NCBI RefSeq assembly: GCF_001194135.2
Contig: NC_068990.1
Location: forward strand, 72,082,336-72,146,335
Length of the DNA: 64,000 nucleotides
Direction: 5' to 3'
Source of the DNA: Octopus bimaculoides
Taxonomy: Eukaryota
The notes beneath the pieces are model-generated. The model was not told the origin of the DNA and ran no database searches. It saw only the letters and a list, made by a program, of their open reading frames with translations. Position numbers and translations under genes: made by a program. Below, in pieces: positions 13,417 through 27,099 of this stretch. Each line of letters starts with the position of its first letter. Within the stretch, counting starts at the first letter, position 1.

Positions 13417-13553
13417 GTCCATTTTTGAAACGACAACAAATTCCTAAGAATGATCAAAAGGACATTTGGCACTGGACAGATCTGAACATTGGTGTTGATG
13501 TGACATTTTTTGGTCGTACATTCCATATTTATGACTGTGATGTCTTCACAAGG
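13417..13553 (+). CDS. EFHC1: EFHC1 exon, second half of DM10 domain 1 (GPFLKRQQIPKND...WHWTDLNIG...FGRTFHIYDCDVFTR)
   Basis: Acceptor ttctctgtag, donor agg|gtttgt; 137 nt, phase 1-0, restoring frame with the previous exon (151+137=288 nt). Confidence 0.95.
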
Positions 13554-13809
13554 GTTTGTTTCATTCTTTCATTTACTACAATTCTCTCGAATGATTATTA
13601 TTTGTTCATTTTTTCTCAAGAGTTATTTCATTTTGCTTAATTTACCAAAGATTTTGTCTTTCTGAAATGCAGATTATTAAATATCATACAAAATATTATT
13701 TTGAAGTTTGCTTTCCTGATTCATATCCTTTTTCTCTTATATTGTTCTCACAAGGTATGAATATCTAGGATTACGCTAAATAATTTCTTTTTGTCTCGTA
13801 TGGTTTCAG

Positions 13810-14037
13810 AACTTCTTGGAGAGTGAAGGAATTGAAGTTAATGCAAAGGAAGAAGTGCCCATTGATCCATACATTGACAATCGTAGGAAAGCAAACCTGC
13901 AAAAGACATACACTGCACCATCAGAATTTGATAAGCTCAAACAATTCTTAGAAATGGACCGCAAAGTATTGCGTTTCTATTGTATCTGGGATGATAGTAA
14001 AAATATGTTTGGAGAGATAAAAGAATACATCATACAT
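13810..14037 (+). CDS. EFHC1: EFHC1 exon, DM10-1/2 linker and start of DM10 domain 2 (NFLESEGIEVN...DKLKQFLEMDRKVLRFYCIWDD...EYIIH)
   Basis: Acceptor tttcag, donor cat|gttagt; 228 nt, phase 0-0. Matches EFHC1 FLESQGIE...DPY...FDQLKQFL..DKQVLRFYAIWDD. Confidence 0.95.
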
Positions 14038-14189
14038 GTTAGTATTACCATTTTATTTCTCCAATTACTGTAAGTTTTAAATAGATTGTTGAAGAGCAAA
14101 TAAACATTTTGAGAATTTAAAAGAGATGTTCATGCAATCAGAAATATAAGTAAATATCTGACAAATATAAATATATATATTAAAAGTGT

Positions 14190-14830
14190 AGGCATGGCTA
14201 TGTGGTTAAAAAGTGCACTTTGTTAACCAAATAATTTCTGGATTAGTCCCATTGTGTGCATGGAGGCACATGGCTTAGTGGTTAGGTTGTTGGTCTCATG
14301 ATTGTAAGATTGTGGTTTTGATTCCTGGACCAGGCAGTGTGTTGTGTTCTTGAGCAAAACACTTCATTTCATATTTCTTCAGTCCACTCAGTTGGCAAAA
14401 ATGTGACAGACTGGTGTCCTGTCCAGGTGGGGAAAATATATGCCATGGAAACTGGGAAACCAACCCTTATGAGTTGATGCGACTCAAGAAGGAAACTTTA
14501 CCTTTACTTTTTACTCACTGTATGACACCATGGGCCAAGTGCATTATACTATAGTCCTGGACCAAACAATGCTTTGTGAGTGAATTTGGTATAGAAAAAC
14601 TGCGCAGAAGCCCATCAAATAGGTATGTGTGTATGTGTGTTTGTGCTTGACTCTTGCTTCACTGCTTGGTGGCCAATATGGGTTCATTTACATCCCCATA
14701 ACTTAACATTTCAGCTAGAGACTTAAAAATAAGTAACGAGGTCGATTTGTTCAAGTAAAATTCTTCAAGGTGGTGCTAGAGGCCCAGCTACGGTCTAATG
14801 ACTAAAATAAGTAAAACATGAAAGATAATA
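14190..14830 (+). mobile_element. tRNA/CORE-like SINE interrupted by a Meta/V-domain-like SINE (about 14260-14515)
   Basis: The outer element's head and tail match the 42060-42440 family. The inner copy has its own tRNA head, gacagactggtgtcctgtccagg core and (CTTTA)n tail. Confidence 0.75.
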
Positions 14831-16768
14831 GAAGCTACAATGTTGTGAGATTATGGTATTGCTTACTGATGGCTCATTTCATGGTCATAAGTTCAAACCA
14901 TGCTATCCTTGTGCTCATAAAGCAAAGTTCATAACTCTACTTGCTTTAGTTTACCAGGCTGACTATACAGGCCCCACTCATACTCTGCATTTCAGAGGCT
15001 GCCTGCTGTAAAAGTGTCTATAAAAGCAATAAGGAGCCTGTATGTAGTTGCTCAACTTACTGCAAATTGCAACTAAATCTCCCTCAAATCAAACCTTACT
15101 ATCTAAAAGAAAGGAAAGGATGGATTGGATAATTAGAATAAGACAACTGGGTGCTGATGATTTGGTACATGCTGATTGGACTTTCAGCTTGTTTTAGCGA
15201 TTGTACATTTTGGTGTTGGAGGCACACACACACACACACACACGCATGTGTGCGCATGCACACACACATGTGCACACACACACATGCATGTGCATGAAGA
15301 AATATACTCATACAGATAGAAAGGGTGAAAGATAGAGAGGGAGAGAGAGTCAGAAAGAGAAACAGACATAGACAGAGAGGCATTACAATTTACTATCAGA
15401 AGACTACCCTCTGAGCAGTTTTCTGCTAGCTTCTTGATAATATTTTCACATTTGATTCCCATTTCTAATAATTTTTATATTTTATGTCTAATTATTTCTT
15501 TGTATAATAGTGCTCACTTGCTTAGTAAATATTGCTTTCTTTATTTTATCACAGTCATAATCTTTCTTTTTTAAACAAACATCATGGTAGTCCAACAACA
15601 GAGGGAGAAGCAGTTTGTCAAGTTTTACCTTCCCCTCAAAGCAGCATAGAGATTTCAATTCAGCAGCCCATCTGTAAGCTTTGCAGTGTCTGTGTGAGAG
15701 AGAGAGAACAGTGCAAACAATGAATGAAACAGACATGAAATGAAAAAAAATCGTATAAATAAAAGAGCATTACTACAGATATATATGCCCTCAACTTTGT
15801 TGCCTCACAACATCCAGAAAAATGGATACTTTTTAACAAAATTTTCTACAAATACCACTTAGATGTTGTGGCTTCAGAGTATATAGGGATTTATGGGAAA
15901 GAAATTTTGCAAGGGGGTGGAGTGAGGAGTGGAGAGAGGAGTTTCAGGAAATTCACACGATCTGACTTTCAGAAAGATGGGTGTCTTTTTATGAAAATTT
16001 ATTCAAATCCCTTTCAAGTGGTATAGATTACGATTATAGAAAAATTTGTTGGGATAATTTTTTCGGGTATTTTCCCCCTTTTTTATTAAACCACAGCCTT
16101 CGANNNNNNNNNNNNNNNNNNNNNNNNNNNNNNNNNNNNNNNNNNNNNNNNNNNNNNNNNNNNNNNNNNNNNNNNNNNNNNNNNNNNNNNNNNNNNNNNN
16201 NNNNNNNNNNNNNNNNNNNNNNNNNNNNNNNNNNNNNNNNNNNNNNNNNNNNNNNNNNNNNNNNNNNNNNNNNNNNNNNACGGGAAGAGCATTTTCTGTA
16301 AAAAAAAAGAAAATTCAGAGGAAAAAGTGATTTAATGACGATTTGACTGTTGTTTTTAGCACATCCAAAGACAACCCTCTTCGTTTCTTTATCACTCTCA
16401 CATGTATTGATGTTTTTCAATATTTTTCCCCCATAAACACATTTATATGCTATAAAAAAGAAAATTTGAGAAATTATGAATTTTTTGCAACCTCACTCCC
16501 TGCACCTGGTTGTTTCTGTTTATAAATTAAAATATTGGAGAGCCTGAGAAGGTCATTGCTGACATTTATCCACAGTGATTTTAAAAAAAGTACGGAGATG
16601 TACTTGCATAGCAAGTGACTTGATCTGAGATTGTGTGCTGAAACAAAAACAATTGCAGTGTGGAAGATGTTTGTAAACCATTCAAAAACACACAAATACC
16701 GTTAGTCTCACTTCAACATTAAAACTTCATTTGTGTCAAAATATTTTCATCGCTTTGAAACCACAACC

Positions 16769-16824
16769 TGTTCACTGACAAAACTTCACAAAAGTAATGC
16801 AGCACGAAGTTTTGTCAGTGAACA
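16769..16824. repeat. Perfect 19-bp inverted repeat with 18-nt spacer
   Basis: tgttcactgacaaaacttc (16769-16787) is the reverse complement of gaagttttgtcagtgaaca (16806-16824). Confidence 0.9.
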
Positions 16825-17515
16825 ACACACAACACACACACATTCATTGCCTTTCATTTGTGTGTATGTGTATCTATGTGTGTGTGTGCGAGTGTGTATT
16901 GGTGTGTGTGTACGTGTGTCACTGTTGAAGTTGTGTTTGGAAACTGTCAATAAGGTGCAAGCCATGAGTACTTGTTGGTAACTTTTTGTCTTTTTTTTTC
17001 TCCTCATCTTCTAATAGAGATTACCCATCTTTCTAGGCTCTTCTCACAGCTATCCCACATTCAAAAATTATACATGTATTTAAAAAATTTTCATTCAATA
17101 AATAATGTTTTTACATTACGTATACATTAATAGTGAATTAAAACTTAAAAGAGAAAGTGAGAGATTTTGCAAATGAAAAATTAATACTCTGCAGTGAATA
17201 CAATGAATATTTAAATTTTTGATGAATTGGATGCAGTGAATATTTAAAAATGCGAGAAACTGAAGTTTAAAAAATTCAATAAACTTGAGAAGTCGAAATT
17301 ATAGGAAATTTCTTAGAACATGAATTTATAAAAATATTTCCCTTTAATAATTGCTTTCTTTTAGAACTTTTAGTAATTGTTACATACCTAATTAATAAGT
17401 AGCTTTCTCCATTACAGTATAGATTAATTGAACATAATTGACATAAACACTTTTCCTCTTCTCATGGATATAACTGAAATATGCTCATCCACATGAATGA
17501 GAAAGAGAAAGAGAG

Positions 17516-17573
<58 letters not shown>

Positions 17574-18691
17574 GAAAAGAGGGGAGAGAGAGCAAAAGAA
17601 ACATTAAAATTAAAATGTTTGCTGTTAAATAAATAATAAACCAGCATCAAATTAGCAGCACCATTTTGGCGGTGCTGAAATGGCTGTGCCGAAATGCCAC
17701 ATATGTTTGAATAATGTAGCTCTAATGTAGTTCTAGATATACTATTTATGAAAACAAAATGGAGAAGTTAGTTTGATTGGCTGGTCTTCGGTGTGTGAAG
17801 TACAAAAATGAAAATAGTGTAATGGAAAACTACAAAGTTCTTAACATTACGTTTGTGCAATGTAGTTTTCTGGGTCACAATTTTTACATAACACATAATT
17901 AAATTTAATGTGATACATTATTACATTGAAATTACTTGTTGCTTTCATGTTAAGTTTAATAACCTTCTTATTGTGTATATGTGTGTGTAAATGAGTGAAG
18001 ATGTTCTTGTAGTTAGGTGATTTAGTGTAAATATGTCTTTCAGATTATTGTACATTATTTTGTTTTGTAATTTCTTTTAAGTATGCAATCTTTTGTCTCA
18101 TAATGAACATGCAGATTTAAAAGAAAAAATAATTTATAGATGTTATCTTCATCTTTAACATTAAAGTTTTATATTCAACCATTTGTATTTTATATATTAA
18201 CTAAGTATGAAGTCAGTAAGTCAGTCATATATTGTGATGCTCTTTAATGAGAATGGCATTGATATATCTGATGACCAGTCAGTCTGTGTGTGTGTGTGTG
18301 CACGCGTGCATGCGAATAAAAGCTACCTTACAAATATTAACCTTCCCATTCCCTGCCAATTATTTTATATTACTGTTATTTTTAACATTAATGGTGTTGT
18401 GTATTAATGTGAAAAACTTCAAAATCAATCAAATCAACTGCTATTAAATTCTGTGTGTTCTTAATGCTTACACACACACACCACAAAAATATGTATGTAT
18501 ATATGGTTATATATATATATATGTATGTATATATAATTATATATATATATGTATATATAATTATCTCACTCTTTCTCTCTCACTCTCTCTCTCTCTCTCT
18601 ATCTTTCTATCTATCTATCTCTCTCTATATATATACATGTATATGTACATACATACATTTAAACATGTACATATATAAATATGTATGCGTA

Positions 18692-19175
18692 TATGGAGTG
18701 TGCTCAAAAAGTATCTGGCTTTATTTTTTCTCACCAAAACTAATACTGCGTGGACAAAATCCTTTGGGTGGAAGGTGATGTCAACCTTTCTGCACATGTG
18801 TGGAAATTTTAATGCTGGTAGGCCATGTCAATTTACAGCTGTTACTTCCTAGAGTACAGACATGCAGTGCCCATTTGTCAGATTTTTGTTTCCATGCAAG
18901 ATGACCAAATGCATCAAGCAAAGACCATTAAGCAGTGTCCCATAACTACTGATGATGGTCTTTATGAAGTCTGGGTCGTGAGTTGCACTGTGCAGCATGT
19001 CCTGAGTGATTTCCATGGGAAGTTGCTTCTGCAGTTCCGCTAGTACCTTGGTGGTGAATTTTGCTGACACTCTCCACATGCACAATTCTTCTGTTCAAAT
19101 GGAATGCACTGATCATGTACTTATTCCCACTTCATGAGCAGTTTCCTGGATTGTTATATGACGATCTTCCACAAG
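18692..19175. mobile_element. Mariner relic: plus-strand 5' end joined to an inverted internal fragment
   Basis: Plus strand: TIR-like gagtgtgctcaaaaagtatctgg and ATG MTKCIKQR at 18901. Minus strand from about 18925: RVSAKFTTKVLAELQKQLPMEITQDMLHSATHDPDFIKTIIS, a mariner KF.P..L...FL..IIT.DE equivalent. Confidence 0.8.
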
Positions 19176-19788
19176 CTTGGGAATCCTGAGCCCATATTGG
19201 CCCATACATAAATCCAGTCCTGCATACAGCTCTGGGTCTAGTAGGCAGAGGGGTTAGTATAATTAGGCCTTATTAGTGGACACAATGTTTCTGTTGAATT
19301 GCTTGGGAAATTCATCAGAAATGGAGAAGTAAATGTAAATGAAGGCAGGTTCAGCTAGTTGAAGAAGAGCCATTGTATTGATGGTGTTGATTGAGTTGAT
19401 GGAATTGGAGGAGACAGTCAGTTTTGTGTTTCAAAACTGATGATAGGATGCAGCTTCGGGAGGTGACCATGATTGATATTTCCTTGATTTACGTTTTTTT
19501 TCTTGCATATGTATGAGTGTCACTGCTGTGTGGTTGCTTGTATATATGATGTATGAATGTAAAGAATTTTTGCAAGTACACACACACACATACACGTACA
19601 CACACACATACATGCACATGCATATTCTCTCTCTCACACACACACACACACATGCACACATATTTTCTCTCAGTCACACATATTTTCTCTCAGTCACACA
19701 TACACACACACACACAAAGCTAAAGATGAGTATTTTAAAAATCATAAAACAACAAACATTGACTCAAAGGATACAATCAATAAAATTA

Positions 19789-19833
<45 letters not shown>

Positions 19834-19890
19834 GTGGGTGTGTACTTGTAAAATTCTCTACATATATATATATATATATATCATCATCAC

Positions 19891-19953
<63 letters not shown>

Positions 19954-20841
19954 GTTTGTATGTATGTATATGTTTATCGTATTTTCAGAGGGATATTTGT
20001 TAGTTTCTAAATAACTAACGTTTCCCTGTGTACCTGAAATTCTAATTCTATAATCTTGGGTGATTAATAGATAATAGATAAAGATTTTTTTTTAAAGTGC
20101 ATATGTAAAAAAAAATTTATGTTTTGGATGAAGTCATTCTTCAAGAAGAGAAGAAAACAATTTTCCTTTTTTTATTTTTCATGCATAAAAGAGTGGAAAA
20201 AGTAAAAAGAATTGCTAGAAATGGTAAAGAATTAGTTACTGCAAAAGGTGTGGGAATTTAAATGACTAGAGAGAGAAATGAAAAAAATTTAGAGGCTATG
20301 GAAAAGAGAGAGGAAAGAACAAGAAACAGGGAATTAAAATGAGAAAGAAGAGTAGGATTATTGATTGGCATAAGGTAGGGGTGAGTTGTAGGGGATTGGT
20401 TGGAGGTCAGTGATCAATAGGCCACTTGTCAATAATGATATACACATTCATGCTTCTACATGCTCATACATATAAACTGCTGAACTTTTTTTTCTTTTGC
20501 TAGTTAATATATTTTCATGCTTATAAGGACCTACATACATGGCTCATGCATACGTACAATTAAGTAGAAACTAAGCTTCTGGCCCTCATGTTGCCACATA
20601 TATGCAAAACACATGCCTACATGTATGCATGCACATACAGGGTTACATGCTGTTGCAGCAAGCAAAACTATACATTCATGTAAGACATCAACATGCATGA
20701 AACATAGCGTATGCATGAACTGGCAGGCAAATGCATGTACGTGACTAAAAATGTAATATGCACATACATATGCCCGTTCATCCATATATGAATATATATA
20801 TGTACATATACACACACACAAACGCACGTGTGCACACACAC

Positions 20842-20877
<36 letters not shown>

Positions 20878-21736
20878 NNNNNNNNNNNNNNNNNNNNNNN
20901 NNNNNNNNNNNNNNNNNNNNNNNNNNNNNNNNNNNNNNNNNNNNNNNNNNNNNNNNNNNNNNNNNNNNNNNNNNNNNNNNNNNNNNNNNNNNNNNNNNNN
21001 NNNNNNNNNNNNNNNNNNNNNNNNNNNNNNNNNNNNNNNNNNNNNNNNNNNNNNNNNNNNNNNNNNNNNNNNNNNNNNNNNNNNNNNNNNNNNNNNNNNN
21101 NNNNNNNNNNNNNNNNNNNNNNNNNNNNNNNNNNNNNNNNNNNNNNNNNNNNNNNNNNNNNNNNNNNNNNNNNNNNNNNNNNNNNNNNNNNNNNNNNNNN
21201 NNNNNNNNNNNNNNNNNNNNNNNNNNNNNNNNNNNNNNNNNNNNNNNNNNNNNNNNNNNNNNNNNNNNNNNNNNNNNNNNNNNNNNNNNNNNNNNNNNNN
21301 NNNNNNNNNNNNNNNNNNNNNNNNNNNNNNNNNNNNNNNNNNNNNNNNNNNNNNNNNNNNNNNNNNNNNNNNNNNNNNNNNNNNNNNNNNNNNNNNNNNN
21401 NNNNNNNNNNNNNNNNNNNNNNNNNNNNNNNNNNNNNNNNNNNNNNNNNNNNNNNNNNNNNNNNNNNNNNNNNNNNNNNNNNNNNNNNNNNNNNNNNNNN
21501 NNNNNNNNNNNNNNNNNNNNNNNNNNNNNNNNNNNNNNNNNNNNNNNNNNNNNNNNNNNNNNNNNNNNNNNNNNNNNNNNNNNNNNNNNNNNNNNNNNNN
21601 NNNNNNNNNNNNNNNNNNNNNNNNNNNNNNNNNNNNNNNNNNNNNNNNNNNNNNNNNNNNNNNNNNNNNNNNNNNNNNNNNNNNNNNNNNNNNNNNNNNN
21701 NNNNNNNNNNNNNNNNNNNNNNNNNNNNNNNNNNNN
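20878..21736. other. Assembly gap (N run); one of many, most flanked by microsatellites
   Basis: N bases. Other gaps are near 1153, 9514, 16104, 33867, 38353, 45363, 47753, 52042, 56570 and 62153. Confidence 0.99.
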
Positions 21737-21777
<41 letters not shown>

Positions 21778-22726
21778 GCATGTATGTATTGTATGTATGT
21801 ATATGTATATGTATATATGTATAATATACATACATACACTCACACAAGCACACACACACACACATGTATGTATGTATGTATGTATGTATGTATGTATGTA
21901 TGGATTTATACATATATATATATCATTAGATAAATGAAAATAAAAATAATATGAAATGTAAAAACCAGAAGATATGTATTTATAATTAATCTGTAACAAT
22001 AAATTGTATTTTAGAGTGTGGTTATTGCTCATTGAAAACTTTTTTACAGAACATTGGTCTCCATTTGGAATTATTTCAGCTGCAATGGAATATGGCAAAA
22101 TTTTAATGTTCTGTTCATGAACGGAAGTTGATGCTTCTTGCAATGACAGTAGCATCAACAGAATGTTATCTATCATGTACGGCATGCTTTTGTGTTTGAG
22201 AATGGTATAGTGTGTGTGGGTTTCAGAAAGATATAGAGAATATGTGTTTGGGAAAGGTTTAGTGAATTGTGTATGGAAAAGGTTGGAAGCATCTAGTTAT
22301 TTATGTTTGAACAGGTTGCAATGAAATAATTACTTTCATTTAAATTTTTATGGAAATTACAAAAGAAGTTGAGAAGTAATACAATGAATTTGAATTGGTC
22401 TTTGACACATCATCATGTTTCTGATTACTAATAACACAACGATTTTTTTTTATGTGAAAATGTATGTAAAAAGTAAGTATTGTACTTGGTTGCAATATTT
22501 TATTCCTAAGAAAAATCACAACTCTTTTAAGCATTCAGATTGCTAAAAATCACAACTCTTTTAAGCATTCAGATTGCTTAAAGTGCAGTTTGAGGATCTT
22601 CTACTATAACACTGGGTTGACCAATAGCTTGTGAGTGAATTAAGTAGATAGAAACTGTGTGGATGCCCATTGTATGTGTATATGTATATATGTATGTATA
22701 TGCATGTGTATGTGTGTGTGTATGTG

Positions 22727-22818
<92 letters not shown>

Positions 22819-22989
22819 TAAAGGTTATGAAGGGTATTGGAGTCAACCAAACCCTAAAGATATAGGTAATACCGAGTAAGTGCTGTATACCAACTAGTTT
22901 TGCCCCTGACGTGGTTGCAACATGAGTGGGGAATGTAACATGGGTCATGTATTAGCGTGTGTACATATAAAAAAAAAGAATAAGATAAA

Positions 22990-24712
22990 AAGACCAATGG
23001 CAAAAGTAGAATTATATTTTATGTATAAAGTCTCACAGCTGTTTCAGGGAAAATCCAATGTATCCCTTCATCGGAGACGGTAATAGTAGAAGAATGGATT
23101 ATTACATCTATAAGAGGAGATTTGTAGTAAGAAGTGAGAGCGATGCGTAGAAGAAAGAACAAAGAAGAAAAAAGACTTGGAGTATAGTTTCATTCCAACA
23201 GTAAACATCCATGTAAAGAATTCATGTGGGTATTTTCTGGAGATAATTGTAGTTGCAAAGGTGGATATATATCATATCGTATCCAGTATACTCTGTGCGT
23301 TGTTTACTCAAAGGATAGTCCGAATCGAGTGAGAGATGTGTGTAGGATTAAGAGGTCAAGCCTTAAGACAGGAAGGAAGGGAGGAGGAAGTAATTAAGAG
23401 AGAAATGGAGATACGGTTGCTGGTAGTAGGTGATCGTTAGGTCAGTTATACTAACAGGAAGGAAGGAAGAAGGAGAGAGAGCAAAGGGAAGAATATGGGG
23501 GTGGAAGTATAAGTCTAGTAAAGAAATGGATATGTAGAGAGGTAATGTGGAGAAGTATTTATAATTGTGTACAGTGTCAGGATATGAAGGTACCTGTAGG
23601 TGGTGATGGTGTTGGTGGCATTCGGAGAATAGTATTAAAGGAAGGAAGCAAAATAAGAGAACAGAGATAGTAGTGATAATATTCTAAAAATAGAGTTAAA
23701 CCTATTTTAAAGATGGTAGAAGGGGGACCTATTTGCTAACTTGAGTTGGTTGGGGTTACCTATGGGGAGTTGTGGGAGTACGTTGTGTGGTCATTTGTGC
23801 ATTTGTGTCTGTGATAGAATTTGAATGTATGGAAGAAACGGTGATTACAGGTGCTAAGTGCTTCGTTATATCGATTAAGTAGTGTGGGAGAATTGTATTT
23901 TAAAATATGGAATGCCTCCCCCAAGCAAAACTTGCAATTAGAGCGCTGGCCTTGTTATGGAATTCCAGAGTCCAGAATGGACCATGTTAAAGTATACTGG
24001 GTATTTGTGTTTTTGAGGTGGTGAATGTGGTTGGCTAGTATTGTAGATTTGCTGTGTTTTTCATATCTAAAAGAGCGAAGGTGGGCTGTATGGCGTTGCT
24101 TGAAATCTTTAGTTGAACCTATGTATGCAGCTGTAGAGTTATGTAGCAGATTGGTTACAGTGCATTTATATATTACGTTATATCTTACACAATGCGTTTG
24201 CAGCAGGCAGATTGTCCCGGAGCGACAGTTACAAGTAGATGAAACTTGGGGGTTGTGTTCTGTGGTGGATGAGGCAATATTGTTGGAGGATATGTTATAT
24301 GAGGATGTAGAAGAATCTAGATCAGTGAAATCATTACTGTTATAGTTATTATTCCCTCTATTGTTATTATTATAGGATATAGTAGTATTATTTCTGGGTA
24401 TACTAGTGGGCTGGGATCTATTATGGTCGTGTTCAAGTGTACGAGTGTCAGTGTTAGATGTATGTATATGAATGTCTATGTTGGGTATATGCGTGCGCTG
24501 AGTGCTAGTATTACCATAGTTATAGTTGTGTGAGTTTTGATAATAGAGTGAGAGTTTATGTTTATTAGAAGTTGCTATAATAGATTCGAAGCTAGGCATG
24601 GTTGAATAAGACAATTTCAAAGTGGATCTGTTAAATATAGAATGGTATTTATGTTGTCGGCGGAAACTGATGATCATTCTGTGACAGGCCCTAACTTCTA
24701 ACTTCTTAAACA
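22990..24712 (-). mobile_element. Penelope-like element 3' portion: N/T-rich linker, GIY-YIG endonuclease, CT-rich 3' region, degenerate hammerhead
   Basis: CNCRSGTICLLQTHC...VIYKCTV...AYIGSTKDFKQRHTAHLRSF...STILANHI..LK....YTLTWSIL..GIP*(Y)...CKFCLGEAFHIL...LLNRYNEALSTCNH. One premature TAA at the conserved PY tyrosine. Confidence 0.9.
23030..23078 (-). ncRNA. Variant/degenerate minimal hammerhead ribozyme in the PLE 3' region
   Basis: Minus strand gtct-CCGATGA-aggg...ccct-GAAA-cagctg-TG-agac: helix I and II pairs and a palindromic helix III are present, but the core has U4C and the cleavage position is G. Confidence 0.6.
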
Positions 24713-24722
24713 TATATGTATA

Positions 24723-24776
<54 letters not shown>

Positions 24777-25015
24777 GACACATGCATATATTTCTAATCC
24801 AGAAGGGAGACAAACACTGATGTTCGATGTGGCAGGCTTGATAATTGTTAAGGGACTTCTCTTAACATGAAACCAATGGTAGCCTTTACCCATAAATATA
24901 GAATCTTTATCCACCAATGCAGTTTTGAGCATTCATTCTCATTGTCTGACATTAACACACACACACACACATATATATTTCAGCATAACATTTAAATACT
25001 TAATCTATTTTCTAG

Positions 25016-25345
25016 TATTACCTGTCTGATGACACACTGGAAGTTCGAGAAATCCACAATGAGAATGATGGCAGAGACCCTTTCCCTGTCCTTATAAAAC
25101 GTGACAAAGTACCCAAAAACCGCAACAATGTTCCCTCCACATACCCAGCCATCTCATTGGAACTCACTACCCATGAAGTCAGGGAATACGTCACTCCACC
25201 AGACTTTGTCATAGGTAAAACCGTCAATATATATGGCCGTGTCTTTCTTGTCTATGACTGTGATAACTTCACCAAGGCTTATTACAACAGACACTTTGGT
25301 ATCACAGATTTCACTCCCCTTGATGTGAAACACTTGCTTCCAAAG
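25016..25345 (+). CDS. EFHC1: EFHC1 exon, DM10 domain 2 (YYLSDDTLEVREIHNENDGRDPFP...DFVIGKTVNIYGRVFLVYDCDNFTKAYY...HLLPK)
   Basis: Acceptor attttctag, donor aag|gtaagt; 330 nt, phase 0-0. Strong DM10 motif match (NDGRDPFP, YDCD.FT). Confidence 0.96.
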
Positions 25346-25394
25346 GTAAGTATTTTTATACTGTGTGTTTTGATTTGTTGAATAAATGCAGTGA

Positions 25395-25740
25395 ACCAGC
25401 AGTATCATTGGCATGCTTGACAAAATACTTAGCGACATTTTTTCCAGCTTCATATTCTGAGTTCAAATTCTACTGAGGTTAACTTTGCCTTTCATCCTTT
25501 CGGGGTTGATAAAAAGTACCATTTGAACACTTGAGGTGGTGTAGTGAACAAGCCCTCTCCCACAAGATTTCAAGCCTTGTGCCTATAATAGACAGAATTA
25601 CTTATGTTAGGGCAGTAGAACTGCGAGTGTGGTGGACAAAATATCTTGTGGTGTTTTAACTCCCTTTATTCTAGTTTGAACTTCTACTGAGCTCCACTTT
25701 GCTTTTAGTTTTTCTAAAAGTGGTGAAACAAAGAACCACT
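25395..25740 (+). mobile_element. Two tandem Deu/Nin-type SINE copies
   Basis: ttctgagttcaaattctactgaggttaactttgcctttcatcctttcggggttgataaaaagtacc followed by a more decayed copy. Confidence 0.75.
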
Positions 25741-27099
25741 TAAGTATAGTATTTGACAAAATAAAGTACCGTTCAAATACCACAGTTAATTAAATAAAAT
25801 ACTCTTCGTGTACTGGGGTTTGATATAATCAACTATAACCATGCCATTGTTACAAACATCATTTGGATTTTCTTACCTTTGATGATTATTTGTTTATGTC
25901 TATGGTTAATTCAGCTCATTGAGATGCTGAAAATTTATGACTGCCTGAATTACTCAAGGCACAAGGAAATATAGCCTTCTCCAAGATCTCTAGTTAGGCT
26001 GTACTTGTTCATAAGACCTTTGATCTGATATATAAGATAACCTATTTTTGCCATACATGCAACTCCAAATCAAAACATTGTTATTATCATGTTTATACCT
26101 TATTGAAATTCATAGCCTACATTTCAATTAATTTTGCAATTAACGAAGAATTTAGCAAACTAACTTTATCATAATTAAGCTGAGGTTTGGAACATAAATC
26201 AACATGAAATTTTGATGGATGGTTTTAATGTGGATCACTTTAAATAGGAAATTTGTATCACAGAACCAAGGGGGGGGGGGTCTCATGCAGTTTGGTATCA
26301 GAATGCTAAATGTCTGATTTATACACTGTAGGAGGAATTCTTTCAGTGTACAATTTTGGACATGCTCTCAACTATCAGAGCTGAACAAGTTAAATTCTAA
26401 TTTATCTAACACTAGACTTTTTACCAGTTTCACATTTTAAGTCCTCATGCTGCTGGATTATGCTGGTACATTGATTTTTCAGAGAAATACACCAGTTTTA
26501 TATACAATTTGTCCCACAAGTTGAGGCCTTGTACTTATGCTAGAAATAATTACATGTTAAATGGTTTTCGTTGCTCAGTTTCCAATCAGGACTGATCAAG
26601 AAAACCTATGATCAAAAATATTCCAGTTGTAGCTGTTATTGTCTATTTTGCTTTTGTTCTCCAAATACATATACTGATTAAATAATTAAAAAAAAAAACA
26701 ATTAAATTGGAGCAATGAGCAGTCATGTCTGTGTGGTGAAAACATAAAATCAATGCAAAGCTGTTGCTATTGATTTGATCCATGTTTTACAGCTTCATTG
26801 AACAAGATTTCCTGCACGCATTCTTGATGATAGACATTCCAGCCATGACATACCTGTTATTTTTCCCAATCTCATCCATCCTATTTTAAAACCAGTTAGG
26901 TGTGATATGATGAAAATATTGCTGCTATTTCTAACAATTTGAGTGACTCATTGACTTTAGGTTCTAATGTTGGCTCATGGTTCCATGGTAGCTCAGTTTA
27001 AGTCTACAGACTCACTCCCTCATTCTTATGGCTCCCCTTGCTGGCTTCTACCCATACATTGGCTTAGAATCCACTCAGTTGACTGTACCTCACTATTGA

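Noticed and set aside
20531-22185. Longest ORFs in the track (350-505 aa), and similar ones at 33.8, 38-39, 56.5 and 62 kb
   Set aside because: They are read-through of N gaps and TA/CA/TACA microsatellites.
22511-22578. 33-34-bp tandem duplication aaaaatcacaactcttttaagcattcagattgct beside a SINE remnant
   Set aside because: A simple two-copy local duplication with no further structure.
24713-24932. N-terminal part of the 325-aa minus-strand ORF
   Set aside because: It runs through a (TA)n tract and unrelated intron sequence. Only the part below about 24712 is PLE-derived.
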